64,000 bases of DNA from Eledone cirrhosa (taxonomy: Eukaryota), in the NCBI GenBank assembly GCA_964016885.1, contig OZ024752.1, positions 2,170,001 through 2,234,000 of the forward strand, in the 5' to 3' direction. Below are positions 1 to 13,860 of the stretch, piece by piece. The translations under genes were made by a program, and so were the position numbers. The notes beneath the pieces were generated by a model. The model was not told where the DNA came from, made no database searches, and saw only the letters and a program-made list of their open reading frames with translations. Positions within the stretch are counted from its first letter, which is position 1, and each line of letters opens with the position of its first letter.

Positions 1-157
1 TAGAAGCAACTGAAGCTTGTTCCTCATCTAAATATTGAGGCAATAGTATTGGCATTCCTTTGTTCTTGTCTGCTACTATCTGCTGGTCAAGTAGGCATGG
101 CTTTCCCTTCCCATCTTCTTGTATTGTCAAGGAAGAATGTGCCTTCGCTTCGGCCAT
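1..157 (-). CDS. Candidate host gene: N-terminal coding part of a start-codon exon (partial, runs off the window edge)
   Basis: Minus strand reads aaaaATGG then 52 codons with no stop (MAEAKAHSSLTIQEDGKGKPCLLDQQIVADKNKGMPILLPQYLDEEQASVAS...) to position 1. A pyrimidine-rich acceptor tttatttttacaccaatttgtAG lies at 277-276, so the exon would start at 275. No protein family recognised. Confidence 0.55.
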   Translation of the reverse strand, partial: MAEAKAHSSLTIQEDGKGKPCLLDQQIVADKNKGMPILLPQYLDEEQASVAS

Positions 158-429
158 TTTTTTAAATTGAAGTGTTTCGCAAAACTTTTTTCCGAAAATA
201 TATTGGATGTTTTTGCATTGAGCAGCACGATATTTTGGGAGATTGACCAGATCAAAATTTGACCTGTCAGTCCCTCTACAAATTGGTGTAAAAATAAAAG
301 TTCTAAATGACGGATATATAGATAGATAAATCGATAGGAAGGTAGGTAGGTGGGTATATATGTGTGTGTGCGTGTGTGTAAAAGGTAAACAACAATGACA
401 ACACAATCGGTACAGTATATTAAAAACAT

Positions 430-1172
430 ATATTACGTTAAGGCTTGAAATAGCAGGAAGATGGTCTTAACGTTTCGGACGATAGTCCTTCATCAGAAGA
501 AAGAAGGATAAATTAGAAAGATTGAAAGGACGGGCGGGTGGAATCGGAAAAAATGCTTTTAGAGAAAAATAACAAGTCCTTTCATGTTACCATCTCTTGG
601 AAATCTGTTGATGCTGGCGTTTTGTGTATGATACACATTTTTTCAGAAAAGTGGATGATGGAGCGCGTCTACCGGAAATGGAAAAAAAAACATTTTGTAT
701 ATAGAGCTATACTTGTGTGCGTGGGTATGCGTGTGGATGTGCTATTACACGTCCGTACGAAGCTAAGACGATATGTGTGTGTATATGTAAGTAAATGAGT
801 GTGTATTTGTAAGTACGAAGCTGTGTGCAAAAGTATGTTGATATAAGGGTATGTGAGTATACAGAGCTGTGAAGGGAAACGTGGAGTGTGCGTATTTTGT
901 TGGTCTGTATCAGGTGACATATTATATGTTTCTGACCATAAGAGAGCCATAGGAATCTAGAGGTGGATATACAAGAAATTGGGGAGGGGAGTTGCGTCCA
1001 TGAGAGGAACAGGACCCAAATCAGTGAATCAGACTCTGTTTCGTCCTGGTGCACAAGGCCTGTGATCCGTGATGTAAAAACGACAACGAGGACTGAGACA
1101 TGTAGGGAAGAGTGACCTGGGGAATGCAAATGACGGGCGACGGGAGTACCCAAACGGAAACGTATTCCCCAC
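430..1172 (-). mobile_element. Penelope-like element, 3' fragment (GIY-YIG C-terminus + 3' UTR + HHR)
   Basis: ORF 707-1174 contains TPVARHLHSPGHSSLHVSVL, typical of the PLE GIY-YIG C-terminal half; same-strand HHR at 465-500. Confidence 0.8.
465..500 (-). ncRNA. Minimal type-I hammerhead ribozyme
   Basis: Minus strand: TCTT-CTGATGA-a-GGAC tatc GTCC-GAAA-CGTT-AAGA. Stem I TCTT/AAGA, stem II GGAC/GTCC, loopless palindromic stem III (ACGT), GUU triplet. Confidence 0.8.
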
Positions 1173-1332
1173 AAATGTATATATAAGTATGTAATAAAGA
1201 TACTATTTATAGTTATGTATATACTATACTATAAATAACTATAAACAGGAAAGGTCAGTAATTAATTACTACCTTATTACCAGTAAGAGAAATAGCTCAA
1301 TGTAAGAACATCAGGTGTTTTAGAGAGCAGGA

Positions 1333-2030
1333 ATATAAATTAGACAAGTATCAAAGTTAAGTTCAAATAAGTCAATCGCTGACAATTGTTTCTTCCAAAC
1401 TTTAGTTTGGAGTCATCGGAGCATCATCAATGTTTGTACATATAATTAACCTCCTATTCAACTGAAGAATCATATAGATACATATATATTGATGTTGTGA
1501 ACAACAGTTTCATGTTTACGGGGTGGATTTGATGCCACATATATTATACGAGAAATGTACAATAATTCAAAATAAGATTAAAATTAAAATTAAAATTAAA
1601 AGCACAGAGTGGAATACATGCGACAGATAATACAAGAGAATAGTCTAATAATTAAAGAGGCATTGAGGAAGCGTGTATAGATTGTACATGCGTCAGTCAT
1701 ATATATGGGAAGGAAACAAGCACATGTATTAGGCATATAGGAGTACTATATGGCAGGGTATTACATAAAATACAAGCACTTTAAGCGAATATGTTGGTGT
1801 ATTATGGAGCAAGGAATGCGAGGATAGTTTCTGTCTAGTTCATTTTTTTATGAAACCCTTGTTCACAACATCAATATATATGAATCTATATGACTCGTCA
1901 GTTGAATAGGAGGTTAATTATATGTACAAACATTGATAATGCTCCGATGACCCTAAACGAAAGTTTGGAAGAAACAATTATCAGCGATTAAATGATTTGG
2001 ACATAACTTTGATACTTGTCTAATTTATAT
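1333..2030. repeat. ~180-bp inverted repeat (1333-1513 / 1850-2030) carrying an HHR-like motif in each arm; PLE pseudo-LTR-type inversion
   Basis: atataaattagacaagtatcaaagtt...tttcat is the reverse complement, with scattered mismatches, of atgaaa...aactttgatacttgtctaatttatat. Confidence 0.85.
1378..1422 (-). ncRNA. Hammerhead variant (CCGAUGA core); second copy at 1941-1985 (+)
   Basis: GCT-CCGATGA-ctccaaac taaa gtttggaa-GAAA-CAATTG-TC-AGC. Stem I GCT/AGC, hairpin stem II, palindromic stem III, GUC triplet; U4->C in both copies. Confidence 0.65.
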
Positions 2031-2109
2031 ATAACTATGTATGTATGTATACGCATTTACCTGCTCCAGCCATGATGAGGCACCACCCTTGTATGTATGT
2101 ATATATATG

Positions 2110-2196
<87 letters not shown>

Positions 2197-2439
2197 ATAG
2201 TATATTTGATAACATATATATATATATACATGTATGTATAGTATATTTGATAACATATTGTATGTTTAATTAAAATAGTTTGAAGACCAATTGCTATGAA
2301 TTTAAAGTAATGAATGTTCTTCAAAATGTTATTAATTAAACATACAGTATATTATCAAATATACTATGCATACATATATCGCTATTTCAGAGTTCCCATT
2401 CTAATACCTAATTGGTGTGTGTTCTGTGACACAACAAAC

Positions 2440-2879
<440 letters not shown>

Positions 2880-2917
2880 TTATATATATATATATATATG
2901 TTTATATATATATATAT

Positions 2918-2970
<53 letters not shown>

Positions 2971-2974
<4 letters not shown>

Positions 2975-3106
2975 ATACTTGGGGAGGGTCATATTTGTGT
3001 GATATTGCCAGAATGAATAACAGAACACACTCACTGTTTGGTTGGTTTTCGCTTCTCGCTGTCTTTTATATCTGTAATCTAGCTTACTCGGTACTCAATG
3101 TTGCCA
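2971..3106 (-). mobile_element. 3' terminus of the PLE family seen at 49088-50925
   Basis: Reverse complement of 50780-50925 (tggcaacattgag...gaccctccc.aa.tataaca); flanked by (TA)n on both sides. Confidence 0.8.
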
Positions 3107-3124
3107 TATATATAGTGCAAAGTT

Positions 3125-3218
<94 letters not shown>

Positions 3219-3489
3219 CAGATGATACTGTAATAGATCCCGAGGAAATAAACAGAGAATGCGATGGAACGAAGTAAAGCAAATAGAAATATTGAAAGAG
3301 TTCCCAACTGTTGCCGCCAGGAAGATCATTGCAATGTCATCACCTAGATGACAGTGCTCATACACCTGTCTATGTCCACCGGGGAATAAATAATTCATTA
3401 ATTTCTAATAAATATATTATATCACAGTATATTATGCACAGACAGTCAATGACACACAGCAGTAGATACACTGACATAAACATGCACAA

Positions 3490-4569
<1,080 letters not shown>

Positions 4570-4574
<5 letters not shown>

Positions 4575-4990
4575 GAGAGAAAACTGAGGTTGGTAATGGC
4601 ACATGGAATATATAAGAGACAGAATACTTTTTTGTGAAAAAACATATAATTTTATAAGGTAAGGAAATAATAAAGGGTATAAAAAAATGACCGGTTTCGA
4701 TGGGTCTGCAAAATCCATCTTTTCAAATGTTGATTAATATTAAGAAAATTAATAATAATAAGAGTTAAAATTTGAGATTTGAAAATTCAAGTATAAAATT
4801 CAGTGTGGGATTTCATAGTAGTTTTCATCTTGGTAGCCGCAAGTTGACTGCTGTGTGCCTTTCTGGTAGTGAATGAGGAGTTATTTGGGGGAGTGGGTTA
4901 TTTTATAAAGGTCAGATTTAGCAATGGCAGATGGCCAGCTGCTGGTCAGTGAGGGGGTGGAAGCAATATACATACATATATCTCCCTGTG
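4570..4990 (-). mobile_element. Probable PLE 3' tail with decayed HHR (4688-4727); related tail at 8280-8470 (+)
   Basis: Minus strand TTGAAAA-GATGG..CCATC-GAAA-CCGG-TC; the plus-strand copy at 8341-8377 reads CTGAGATG..CATC-GAAA-TCGG-TA in a similar AT-rich context. Confidence 0.45.
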
Positions 4991-5130
4991 GTCGGTAGGA
5001 GAGGGAAGAGTGATAGATAGGGATTTAGTGCACTTACACCTATGTATACACACATACCCTCATCCGCACACACATACATATACATATACATACATATATA
5101 TATATATACATACATATATATATATATATA

Positions 5131-5637
5131 AAAACAAATAACGAAACGAAATTAAATTTCGTTTCGTTTGTAACTCACTTTTGTATGACTGACGCTTAAA
5201 CAATTAAGTTAAAAATGTACATCTACATATGCATACTGAAATACTAGTGTGTATATGAATACACACACGTATACATATGTAGGTGTACCAAGTCTTTCAC
5301 TGGTCGCTTTACAGTGAGCGGCCCAGCTATTCTGTATGTAAACACACAGACAAACCGGTTTTTAGAGTCATACTGGTTTTTCGGGGGAACACCTTCCCCC
5401 TATTCTCCAGAAAGCCAGACAAGGAATATTGAACTAGTTTCGTTGTTGTTACAACTCATCAGCAATATTTACCTATCTACCGGCCTTTCTGGAGAATTGT
5501 AAAAGCACATATCGTTATATGCTTTTTCTATGAAAATTAGTAGTGGGCAGACTAATTTGCATAGAGTGTGAGTACGCACCGGTTCAGCGGAGACGATAAA
5601 AACAAATAACGAAACGAAATTAAATTTCGTTTCATTT
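5131..5637 (-). mobile_element. ~468-bp HHR-containing repeat unit plus partial second unit (same family as 28561-29780)
   Basis: aaaacaaataacgaaacgaaattaaatttcgtttc at 5131 and again at 5599; closely similar to 28561-29026. Confidence 0.9.
5425..5469 (-). ncRNA. Minimal hammerhead ribozyme
   Basis: AATATTG-CTGATGA-GTTGT aaca ACAAC-GAAA-CTAG-TT-CAATATT. Perfect 7-bp stem I, 5-bp stem II, palindromic stem III. Confidence 0.9.
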
Positions 5638-6449
5638 AAGCATTCTCCTATGCTACGAGCTGTCTCAACTATGTACATTATATTCTTATCTTTACATTGT
5701 CCCTCAGTACATCTTATGCTATATACCATGTTTCGAGTTTTGCAGTTAATATGGTGGCTTAGTTTACATATCATGCATTTCTTATCTATACCGGGAGGTC
5801 TTTGAAAAGGGTATGTATTACTAATATGTATTTTATGGAGGTACCTGGCCATTCTACTATCTTAATATTTAGTTTAAGTTTATCTAGGGCCCTTCTAAAT
5901 TTGTAAGCTAGTTCACCTCTAGGGGTTGTATTGATGAACATTACACTCTGTTATTTATTGCTATCATACCATGAATTTATTCTATTATCCTTATTCCTAG
6001 TTCTTTCTATTCTATTCCAAAATTTGCTCATGTACAAAGGGCAGGTCCATTTGTATCATTATTTACCATTTTTTCCCATTTGGTTCTGGCTCCTCTATAT
6101 ACTCTGATTTTATCTCTCTGAATGTAACCAGAGACTGCATACGGTGGATGAAGTGTTGTATGTGTCTCTCTAGTTCTTTGAGGTTGCACATGCGGGACAC
6201 GTTCATCATCACCCGAATGTGAGACGAAAGAACTTTGACAATATATGAACAACCATCCGGCTGTGGAACCAACCAACCAAACGGAAATGTATACATTTTT
6301 AAAATTTATAATTTAATATATAATAAATTGGAGTGTAAGCAACTGGTACGTGTGTTTCTTATTGGCAACATGACCCTCTCAAAGTATAACAATATTGGTT
6401 TCAACACACGTTTTCAGATAAACGATCTTGCTAAACAAATTTAGAAACG

Positions 6450-6452
<3 letters not shown>
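5638..6452 (-). mobile_element. Decayed PLE RT-thumb/linker/GIY-YIG fragment (homolog of 49088-50386) with an oppositely oriented terminal piece at 6215-6452
   Basis: Translations RVMMNVSRMCNLKELERHIQHFIHRMQ and YPFQR..CMICKL..INCKTRNMVYSIRCTEGQC..YIVETARSIGE align with the 49157-50386 protein; frameshifted. Confidence 0.9.
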
Positions 6453-6486
<34 letters not shown>

Positions 6487-7076
6487 CATATATATACAAT
6501 ATAGAATTTATATTGCATCAATTTAGATTACGAGCGAATGTGAAATAGTGAAACATGTTTTGAGCTGCTGCCAACATTCAACCCACTGCTGTAGTTTAGC
6601 TACTTATTTATTGTATCTCTAACGATTAGCGAGATAGTAACTGTATAGAAAATAATAAAGCAGGCCCCTAAGGGTTTAGCTAAATATGTTTTCTCATGCT
6701 ATGAACATAGAGTTTAATCGATTATATACGCTGAAATCATACTCTTTTGCTTGATGCGTTCGTGTAATTTCCCATATTCTTATATAATGTACTCTTTCCT
6801 TTGATCGTTCTTTAGTCAACGGAAATAGTCTAGCTGATTAGCAGGCAAAAGAAAATAATAGGTTTTCCAAACACCTGGTGAGATATTGATAGGAAATTAT
6901 TTTGGTAAATAAATGGTGTTTCGTCAAATTATACTACCGACAGTCTGGGAATGTTTGTGTTTGTGGGAAGGTGTGTGTAAATATACACCTATCTTTAAAA
7001 CTACGAATACATATCATAATCCTATAGTTACGTTTTGTGAAAAGAGTACATATGCATTATATATATTATAAACGGA

Positions 7077-7262
7077 GGATTGGCGGCATCGGTAGCTGGT
7101 CGGACACCATGCTTTGACGCATAGACTTACGGCCCTTGTCATTCTGAATTCAAATCCCGCCGAGGGTAACTTTGCCTTTCATCCTTACGGGGTCGATAAA
7201 ATAAAGTACCTGTAATGCGCAGGGATTATTGCTGGCCTTGTGCAAAAAGTAGAAACAATTAT
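7077..7262 (+). mobile_element. tRNA-derived SINE with Meta/MESC-type central domain (cephalopod SINE family)
   Basis: B-box-like aattcaaatccc followed by gcctttcatccttacggggtcgataaaataaagtacc and tail ggccttgtgc.aaaagtagaaacaattat; about ten copies in the window. Confidence 0.85.
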
Positions 7263-7505
7263 ATATATTTTAAACATTTTGGAGTTCAATAAACACGAAA
7301 TTGAATTTTGTTTATTTATCATATGGCTGTTGCTAAGGATTTGTTTTATTGGCGCAGGAAATACCAATAATACGAACTATCCCAAATGTTATGGAAAAAC
7401 TATTTCATTCAGGTAATTTAATACAAGTAATGTTGATATATTATAGATGAACGATCGATTTTGATAAAACCAAATATTAATAAAATACAAAATAATAGGC
7501 ATATG

Positions 7506-7577
<72 letters not shown>

Positions 7578-7904
7578 CACACACTATCTGAGGTACCCGG
7601 CTTCGCCTGGGAGAATATTTATGGGAAAACGAATAAGAGAGAAAACGACTGCATTGGATGTGTTGTCTGGTATACAGTATGAGTTGTGACCGCAATGTGT
7701 TTGGATGACAGAGAGAGGAGGAAGGTAAAAATAAAACAATCATAAAACTTCCTTATTAGGCTGGGTGAGTAAACTGAGAGGGATGAATGGCCGGCTTTGC
7801 CAAATACAAATAAAAAATAAAAATGTTCGCTCTACAAGGTTGAATACAAAAAAAAAACAGTTCACACTTCACCTGCCAACTGTCAGAGCTAGTATAGAGG
7901 AAAC

Positions 7905-8010
7905 TGACTGGCCAGTCTGCTGATATGTAAATCTGGCTGATCAGTGGTTCAGCTAATATGCAGATCTGACTGATCAGACAGTCTACTAATATGGAAATCA
8001 GGCGAATCAC
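7905..8010. repeat. Short minisatellite, ~3 degenerate copies of a ~33-nt unit
   Basis: cagtctgctgatatgtaaatctggctgatca / gttcagctaatatgcagatctgactgatca / cagtctactaatatggaaatcaggcgaatca. Confidence 0.6.
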
Positions 8011-8073
8011 TCACTGTATATTTTAGAAAATATATATTTTCACAAGCTCTGACAGGTGGCAAAAGAACAGTGA

Positions 8074-8119
8074 ACTATACTGATGAAGGGTGTTACCCAG
8101 AAACATTAGTGTCTACGGT
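8074..8119 (+). ncRNA. Hammerhead motif
   Basis: actata-CTGATGA-a-GGGT gtt ACCC-a-GAAA-CAT ta GTG-TC-tacggt. Intact core, GUC triplet, stem I with one mismatch. Confidence 0.65.
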
Positions 8120-8577
8120 TCTGTTTACATGCGAACACAAGAGCGAGAATGAGGGGCTCATTTTAACCATTTGTTTTCTGAAGAAACACAACTAACAACA
8201 ATGCTGCTACTATCTGTAGACACAAGAACTCATCTGAGAAAGGAAGATGGAAAAATAATTACTGCAATACTTAATGTTAAATCTTTAACTTTCAGTTTTT
8301 AATTCTTATTAATTATTTTTTATTGTAACACGTAACATTTCCTGAGATGAATTTAATAATACATCGAAATCGGTAATACTTTATATATATTATATACATC
8401 ATAAACCTATTTTTTAAAAGAATTGTTCATCTCATTTTTTCAATAATGTCATCTTTTCAATAATGCCAGTTTGACGAATCAAACAAAGGATAAAAAAAAA
8501 CAGACCCTAAAACATATTTTCACCTTCTCTCTATATTCACTGTTTTGTATAGAACCTTACTTCGCTTATCTAATATA

Positions 8578-10190
8578 TACACTCCGCACGCCATCTCACA
8601 GTCTGTGGCCTACTCCAGTGCCACGGAACACCCGCCCATCGCCTTACGGTCGAACAACGCACTATCTTCATCTTACAGACCCACACTCCCCCCGGCCTGA
8701 ACTCCCCACCCTTATTCCTTTAGCGTTCGACCGCCCCCCTCCCCCCACACTTATCCCCCACTAACACCACTAACACACCCCTCTTTTTCACCGCCCACCC
8801 CACACTAACAATACTAACACCTCCACTCCACCCCTCATCTGACCACCCTTCCCCAACTAACATACTAACATCCCTTCCCTCCCCTCTTCTCCTCCTCCCC
8901 CTCCTTATCACACGCACCCACTTACACCACCCACCCCACACGCAACTAACATCACTAACACCCTCCAACCCCACGCACACGTACCAACACACCCTCGTAC
9001 ACCACCAACTCTACACACCCTACCCCCACTAACCCCCACTCACACCTGCATTCCACCCCTCCCCACCTCCCGTATACTAACACGCACTAACACCTATTCA
9101 CCAAACTACACACACACCAGTACACCACACTCCCTCCATAGAACCACACACACCCTTTTCTCCCCGCTCCATACTCACTCATCCCACTAACACCCCTACT
9201 AATACACACACACACACACACACATACACACCCTCCTCACTCCCACTCTCACACCTACCCATCCTCGCCTCCCTACCATTCCGCCGACTGCTGCTATGCC
9301 CTTCCGACCACCTCTCAGCACCAACTGACCACAGCACTCCCACTGCTGACCACTTCCTGTTGCGCGCGCACCCCACATCTCTCCTCTTCCGACCACCGCT
9401 TCTTGGATTACCCACACGCGAAATTGACTTCTAACCAAAATCTCCAAACATCCGTGAAACTTACCAACTTTTCAACCATCCTCTTACACCATCACCTATA
9501 TAACTCACCCACACACCCCAACAAACACATTTTTTATCCACACGCCACCCACACCCACAACACGCTTAAACCACACACACGTGCTTCCCACCACATATTT
9601 ACACCCTCAGCCACCTGATTCCTCTCCCCCCACCCCTATCCGTACACGCACAGACACTCCGACCCACAAAAACACCCCCCACACACACCTTCCTGAACAT
9701 GCAACCCGTTCTTCCCCCAACGCTCACTTTCACATACACACACACACACACGCACACCTAACCACACACACCACCTTCAGCCCTCCCCGCTCGGACACCC
9801 CCTCTCCCTCTCCTCACTCTACCCGCCACCACCCCTACTCACCCCACACCCTTCCACCACCTGTTTACCCCTCTTTTAATTTCAGTTTATTTTGATCATG
9901 CCTTTATTTTTAAATTTTCTCATTCCTTGTATTTTGATCATGCTTTATTTTTATTTATTATATTTTTGTCTTTATTTGTTAATTTTTCATTCGCACCGTT
10001 TCCTTTCGCTATATGTCTCTCCACCACTCCCCTACACACCTTTTGAACTCTGTTCCCACACACTTCTCACGTGAAGAAGGGCTTATGTCCGAAACGTCGT
10101 CCCCCACCTACCCCCCACTCTCCTGAGCGTGAATTTAATAAACATTTATCGTACTGCCTCTCTGTTCTGTCCCTGTTCAATTTTCATTAT
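8578..10190 (+). mobile_element. PLE 3' fragment: GIY-YIG C-terminus, long C/A-rich 3' UTR, HHR
   Basis: About 8583-8705 translates SARHLTVCGLLQCHGTPAHRLTVEQRTIFILQTHTPPGLNS (PLE endonuclease end motif R..EQ..IF.L.T..P.GLN). HHR-like ac-GTGAAGA-a-GGGC ttat GTCC-GAAA-CG-TC-gt at 10069-10100, same type as 465-500. Confidence 0.75.
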
Positions 10191-10220
10191 ATATATATAT
10201 ATATAATGAAAATTGAACAG

Positions 10221-10315
10221 GGACTTTGCCTTTCATCCTTACGGGGTCAATAAAATAAAGTACCAGTAATACACTGGGTAATTGCTGGCCTTGTGCCAAA
10301 AGTAGAAACAATTAT
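10221..10315 (+). mobile_element. SINE (Meta/MESC-type), 3' half
   Basis: actttgcctttcatccttacggggtcaataaaataaagtaccag...agtagaaacaattat. Confidence 0.85.
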
Positions 10316-10316
10316 A

Positions 10317-10428
<112 letters not shown>

Positions 10429-10697
10429 TATATATGATATACAACTGTACGGCGTAAATCCGGCTGTTTGTTTACATAAGAACAAACCGAACATTCTAAT
10501 AGATGTTCGGTAAGCCCATACGTACATATATATATATGTGTGCTTGTATGTATATACATACTACTGTATGTCTGTATACATATATGTATGTACGTATACA
10601 TACATACTTACATTTAAGTATCAGCCGTACTAAGAGTGAGACATGACATTTCATTTCATTCTTTTCCATTTATCATCTGGTTTTCATATATATATAA

Positions 10698-10758
<61 letters not shown>

Positions 10759-10963
10759 ATATATATATATACATATATATATATGTGTGTGTGTGTGTGT
10801 GTAATAACATTTGTTTTGCAAGAATGTTGATGTAAAGTAGTGCATTGTGACGTATACTGATGTACATTGGGAAAGACATGCTGCCAATGTATTTAGATAT
10901 ATATTTTTATATATATACATATGAATCGTATCTACATAGCGTACAGATATAATATCCACACAT

Positions 10964-11060
10964 ATAATTGTTTCTACTTTTGGCACAAGGACAGCAATTA
11001 TCCCAGTGTATCATTGGTACTTTATTGTATCGACCCCTTAAGGATGAAAGGCAAAGTTAA
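10964..11060 (-). mobile_element. SINE (Meta/MESC-type), 3' half
   Basis: Reverse complement of the 7077 family. Confidence 0.8.
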
Positions 11061-11177
11061 TGGAGATGAGACACAGAAGAGAACATATACCGTAACTAAA
11101 TAGAAAGCTGTATTTAATAATATCAACCCCCAACATAGTGAATGGGGATGTATAAGTACACACAACATTATTGGTAT

Positions 11178-11360
11178 ATTGGCAGTATCTGTAGAGGGTC
11201 GGACGCCATGCTTTGCCGCATAGAGTTACGGCCCTTGCCATTCTGATTTTAAATCCGGCCGAGGTTTACTTTGCCTTTCATACTTATGGGGTCGATAAAT
11301 TAAATACCAGTAATGCACTGGGTATTTAGTCGACCTTGTGCCAAACGTAGAAACAATTAT
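11178..11360 (+). mobile_element. SINE (Meta/MESC-type)
   Basis: Full-length match to the 7077 family. Confidence 0.85.
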
Positions 11361-11670
11361 TAGTATAAGGGGACATACATTTTCTCCCACCATAAACACG
11401 CACAAATGCTCTTGTTTCTCAGATGTAGGGGAGATCAGAGTATCTTCAGATTGCTTTATCTGTCGCTGACACACAGACACACACACACGCACATACTCTA
11501 TCTTTCTCTCTCGTTTTCCCTCTTCTCATATATACTTACGTAAGTAGTGTGTGTCACACTCTTCTCTGTATTAGAAATAAACGGTTACATTCAAATTTAT
11601 GTAATGTTTGTTATTTAAGTAATTATAACACCCTAGTGTGTGGTTAAACAATTATTATTCACTGTCTATA

Positions 11671-11878
11671 AGTAGAGTCGTTAGAGCGATAGGCAACACG
11701 CTTTTCGCCGTATAGTTATGTTTTTTTTTAATTCTGAGTTCAAATTTCGCCTTATTTAGCTTTGTCTTTCATCCTTACAGATAAAATAAAGTACCATTAA
11801 TGATCTGGGGTCGATTTAATCGACTTATCCCTCATCGAAAATCGTTAGCTTTGTCCCTAAGTCAGGTACCATTATTAT
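11671..11878 (+). mobile_element. SINE (Meta/MESC-type), older copy
   Basis: ttctgagttcaaatttcgcc...tttcatccttacagataaaataaagtacca...ggggtcgatttaatcgac. Confidence 0.7.
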
Positions 11879-13330
11879 CAATGGTTTTCTATGACTCTGT
11901 CTGGGGATAATAGTTTAAAGCAAATCATCTGATTGGCGACTACTCACCTACGAAACGTAAAATTGCTACGACATTTATTGTTCAAAGAAAATAGTATGTT
12001 TACAATTCGTTTCATATTTTCCCCGTATGACTTTTAAAGTGTAGGGAATTATGTGAAACTAGAAGTCTAAAGGCTGGAAAATTTCATTTTTTTTATCTTT
12101 GAACATTTAAATCGTTAAGTCTTATCCTTTAATACACGTGGATATTTGTCTTTCCACACACATGCCAATCCGTCAGAGATTTACTAGATCTCACAATATT
12201 CAATTGTCACATAAGAATCATCATTTGATGTATTTAAAGTGTCACGTTATTTTTCCTTGATAACATAAAGCTTATGAGGATTGGTAAAGTAAATATTGTC
12301 TAAATGATTTCACCAAATATATCATATCTATTTTCTATTTTAATTGTTTCAATGTTCGATATATCTGAATTATATATATAGAAAAAGTAATAGATCTAAT
12401 CTTGATCACAGTTTAACGTATTAAGCACTTATTTGTATACATTTAATCATTTTATTATATACGTATGTATGCTCTGTTGAGGCCATTGGTTATGATATAA
12501 AACTATAATCTTTTCTGGATCATTCCACGTTTCAGAATATATTATGCTGTAGAATCTACGAATAAACAAATAGTACAATAAATATGAACGGGAATCGAAA
12601 TATAATGTTAATGATCCAAATAACATTAGATTTTAATGAAATTATAATTTTTCAAGGTTATTACTGATGGACAAATACGTATAAATATTTCCAAACCGTG
12701 GGAAACTATCGATGAAATGAAACCGTCCTGATCGATTGAGTTCATTCAAATGTGTATGTAGAATGGCACCAGCAACAACGCTAGTTAATATTCGCTCGAG
12801 AAATTTACCAAACTAATCGAATCAATAAAAAGACGTATCAGTTCTAAAGCAACATTGATTTGCTTTCACGGTTCTACGACTGCGCTAAGTTCTGTCTGTT
12901 GACGTATGATGCTATGTGTAATGGACGAAAACTGGCAGGAAGAACGCTTGAGTAGCTAGAAAAGCTGCAGTAAATTTCTATTGTGTTCATATTTCTAAAT
13001 GAGAAAAGACAGAACACGAAACAGTTCTGGTAGCAAGTTGAAATGAACCGACAATATGCGAATATAGTATGATTTGCTTGGCTAACAATTATATAAAAGC
13101 TTCGTAATTTAAAATCACCAGTGAATACAATCATCACTAAACGCTTGCCCAGCACTTGATGGTTTAATCCATCTGTGACGCAAAGTCAATAAAGCACATC
13201 ACCACATGAGAACCGTATACTTACCATTCTTAATGATGGCCGTCTGGAAATATTTTGATAGATACATTACAAACACATACATATGTAGATACATTTATTT
13301 GTAGATATATAGATTGTATGTATATATCTG

Positions 13331-13379
<49 letters not shown>

Positions 13380-13675
13380 TCACATATACCCCCCCCCCCT
13401 CCCCACACACACCACGCACACACACACACACACACACACTCACGTATGAGTGTGTGTAGCGCAAAGTGTGTCTGTTGAATAGATAAAGGAAACAGAGCGC
13501 TGTATGTTAAGAACAGCGCTGAGATATATTATGAATAGCATTTATATTCTACTTCAGGTTCAAAGCCTACTCTAGCAGAGATCTTAGAGATGGTATATCT
13601 CTTAGTTTTGCTTATCTTACAAGCAATGCCAAGAGGGCTTCTACGAGATCGCATCACGTAGAAGTGAGCTAATAA

Positions 13676-13860
13676 TAATTGTTTCTACTTTTGGCACAAG
13701 GCCAGCAATTATTCCAGTGTATTACTCGTGCTTATTTTAAGCGTCCACATAAAGATGAAAGGTAAAGTTAACCTCGGCAGGGATTCAACTTAGAACGTAC
13801 AGTGGCGTAACTCTATGATGCAAAGCATGGCAACTGACCATTCCCGATACTGCCAATCCA
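13676..13860 (-). mobile_element. SINE (Meta/MESC-type)
   Basis: Reverse complement of the 7077 family. Confidence 0.8.

Noticed and set aside
127-429. 100-aa minus-strand ORF from the track
   Set aside because: It starts in simple-repeat, intron-like sequence; the ATG at 157 in another frame is the better candidate.
11400-11455. Minus-strand CTGAAGA...GAAACAA..TTGTG
   Set aside because: Stem II is poor, position 17 is G and there is no stem I.
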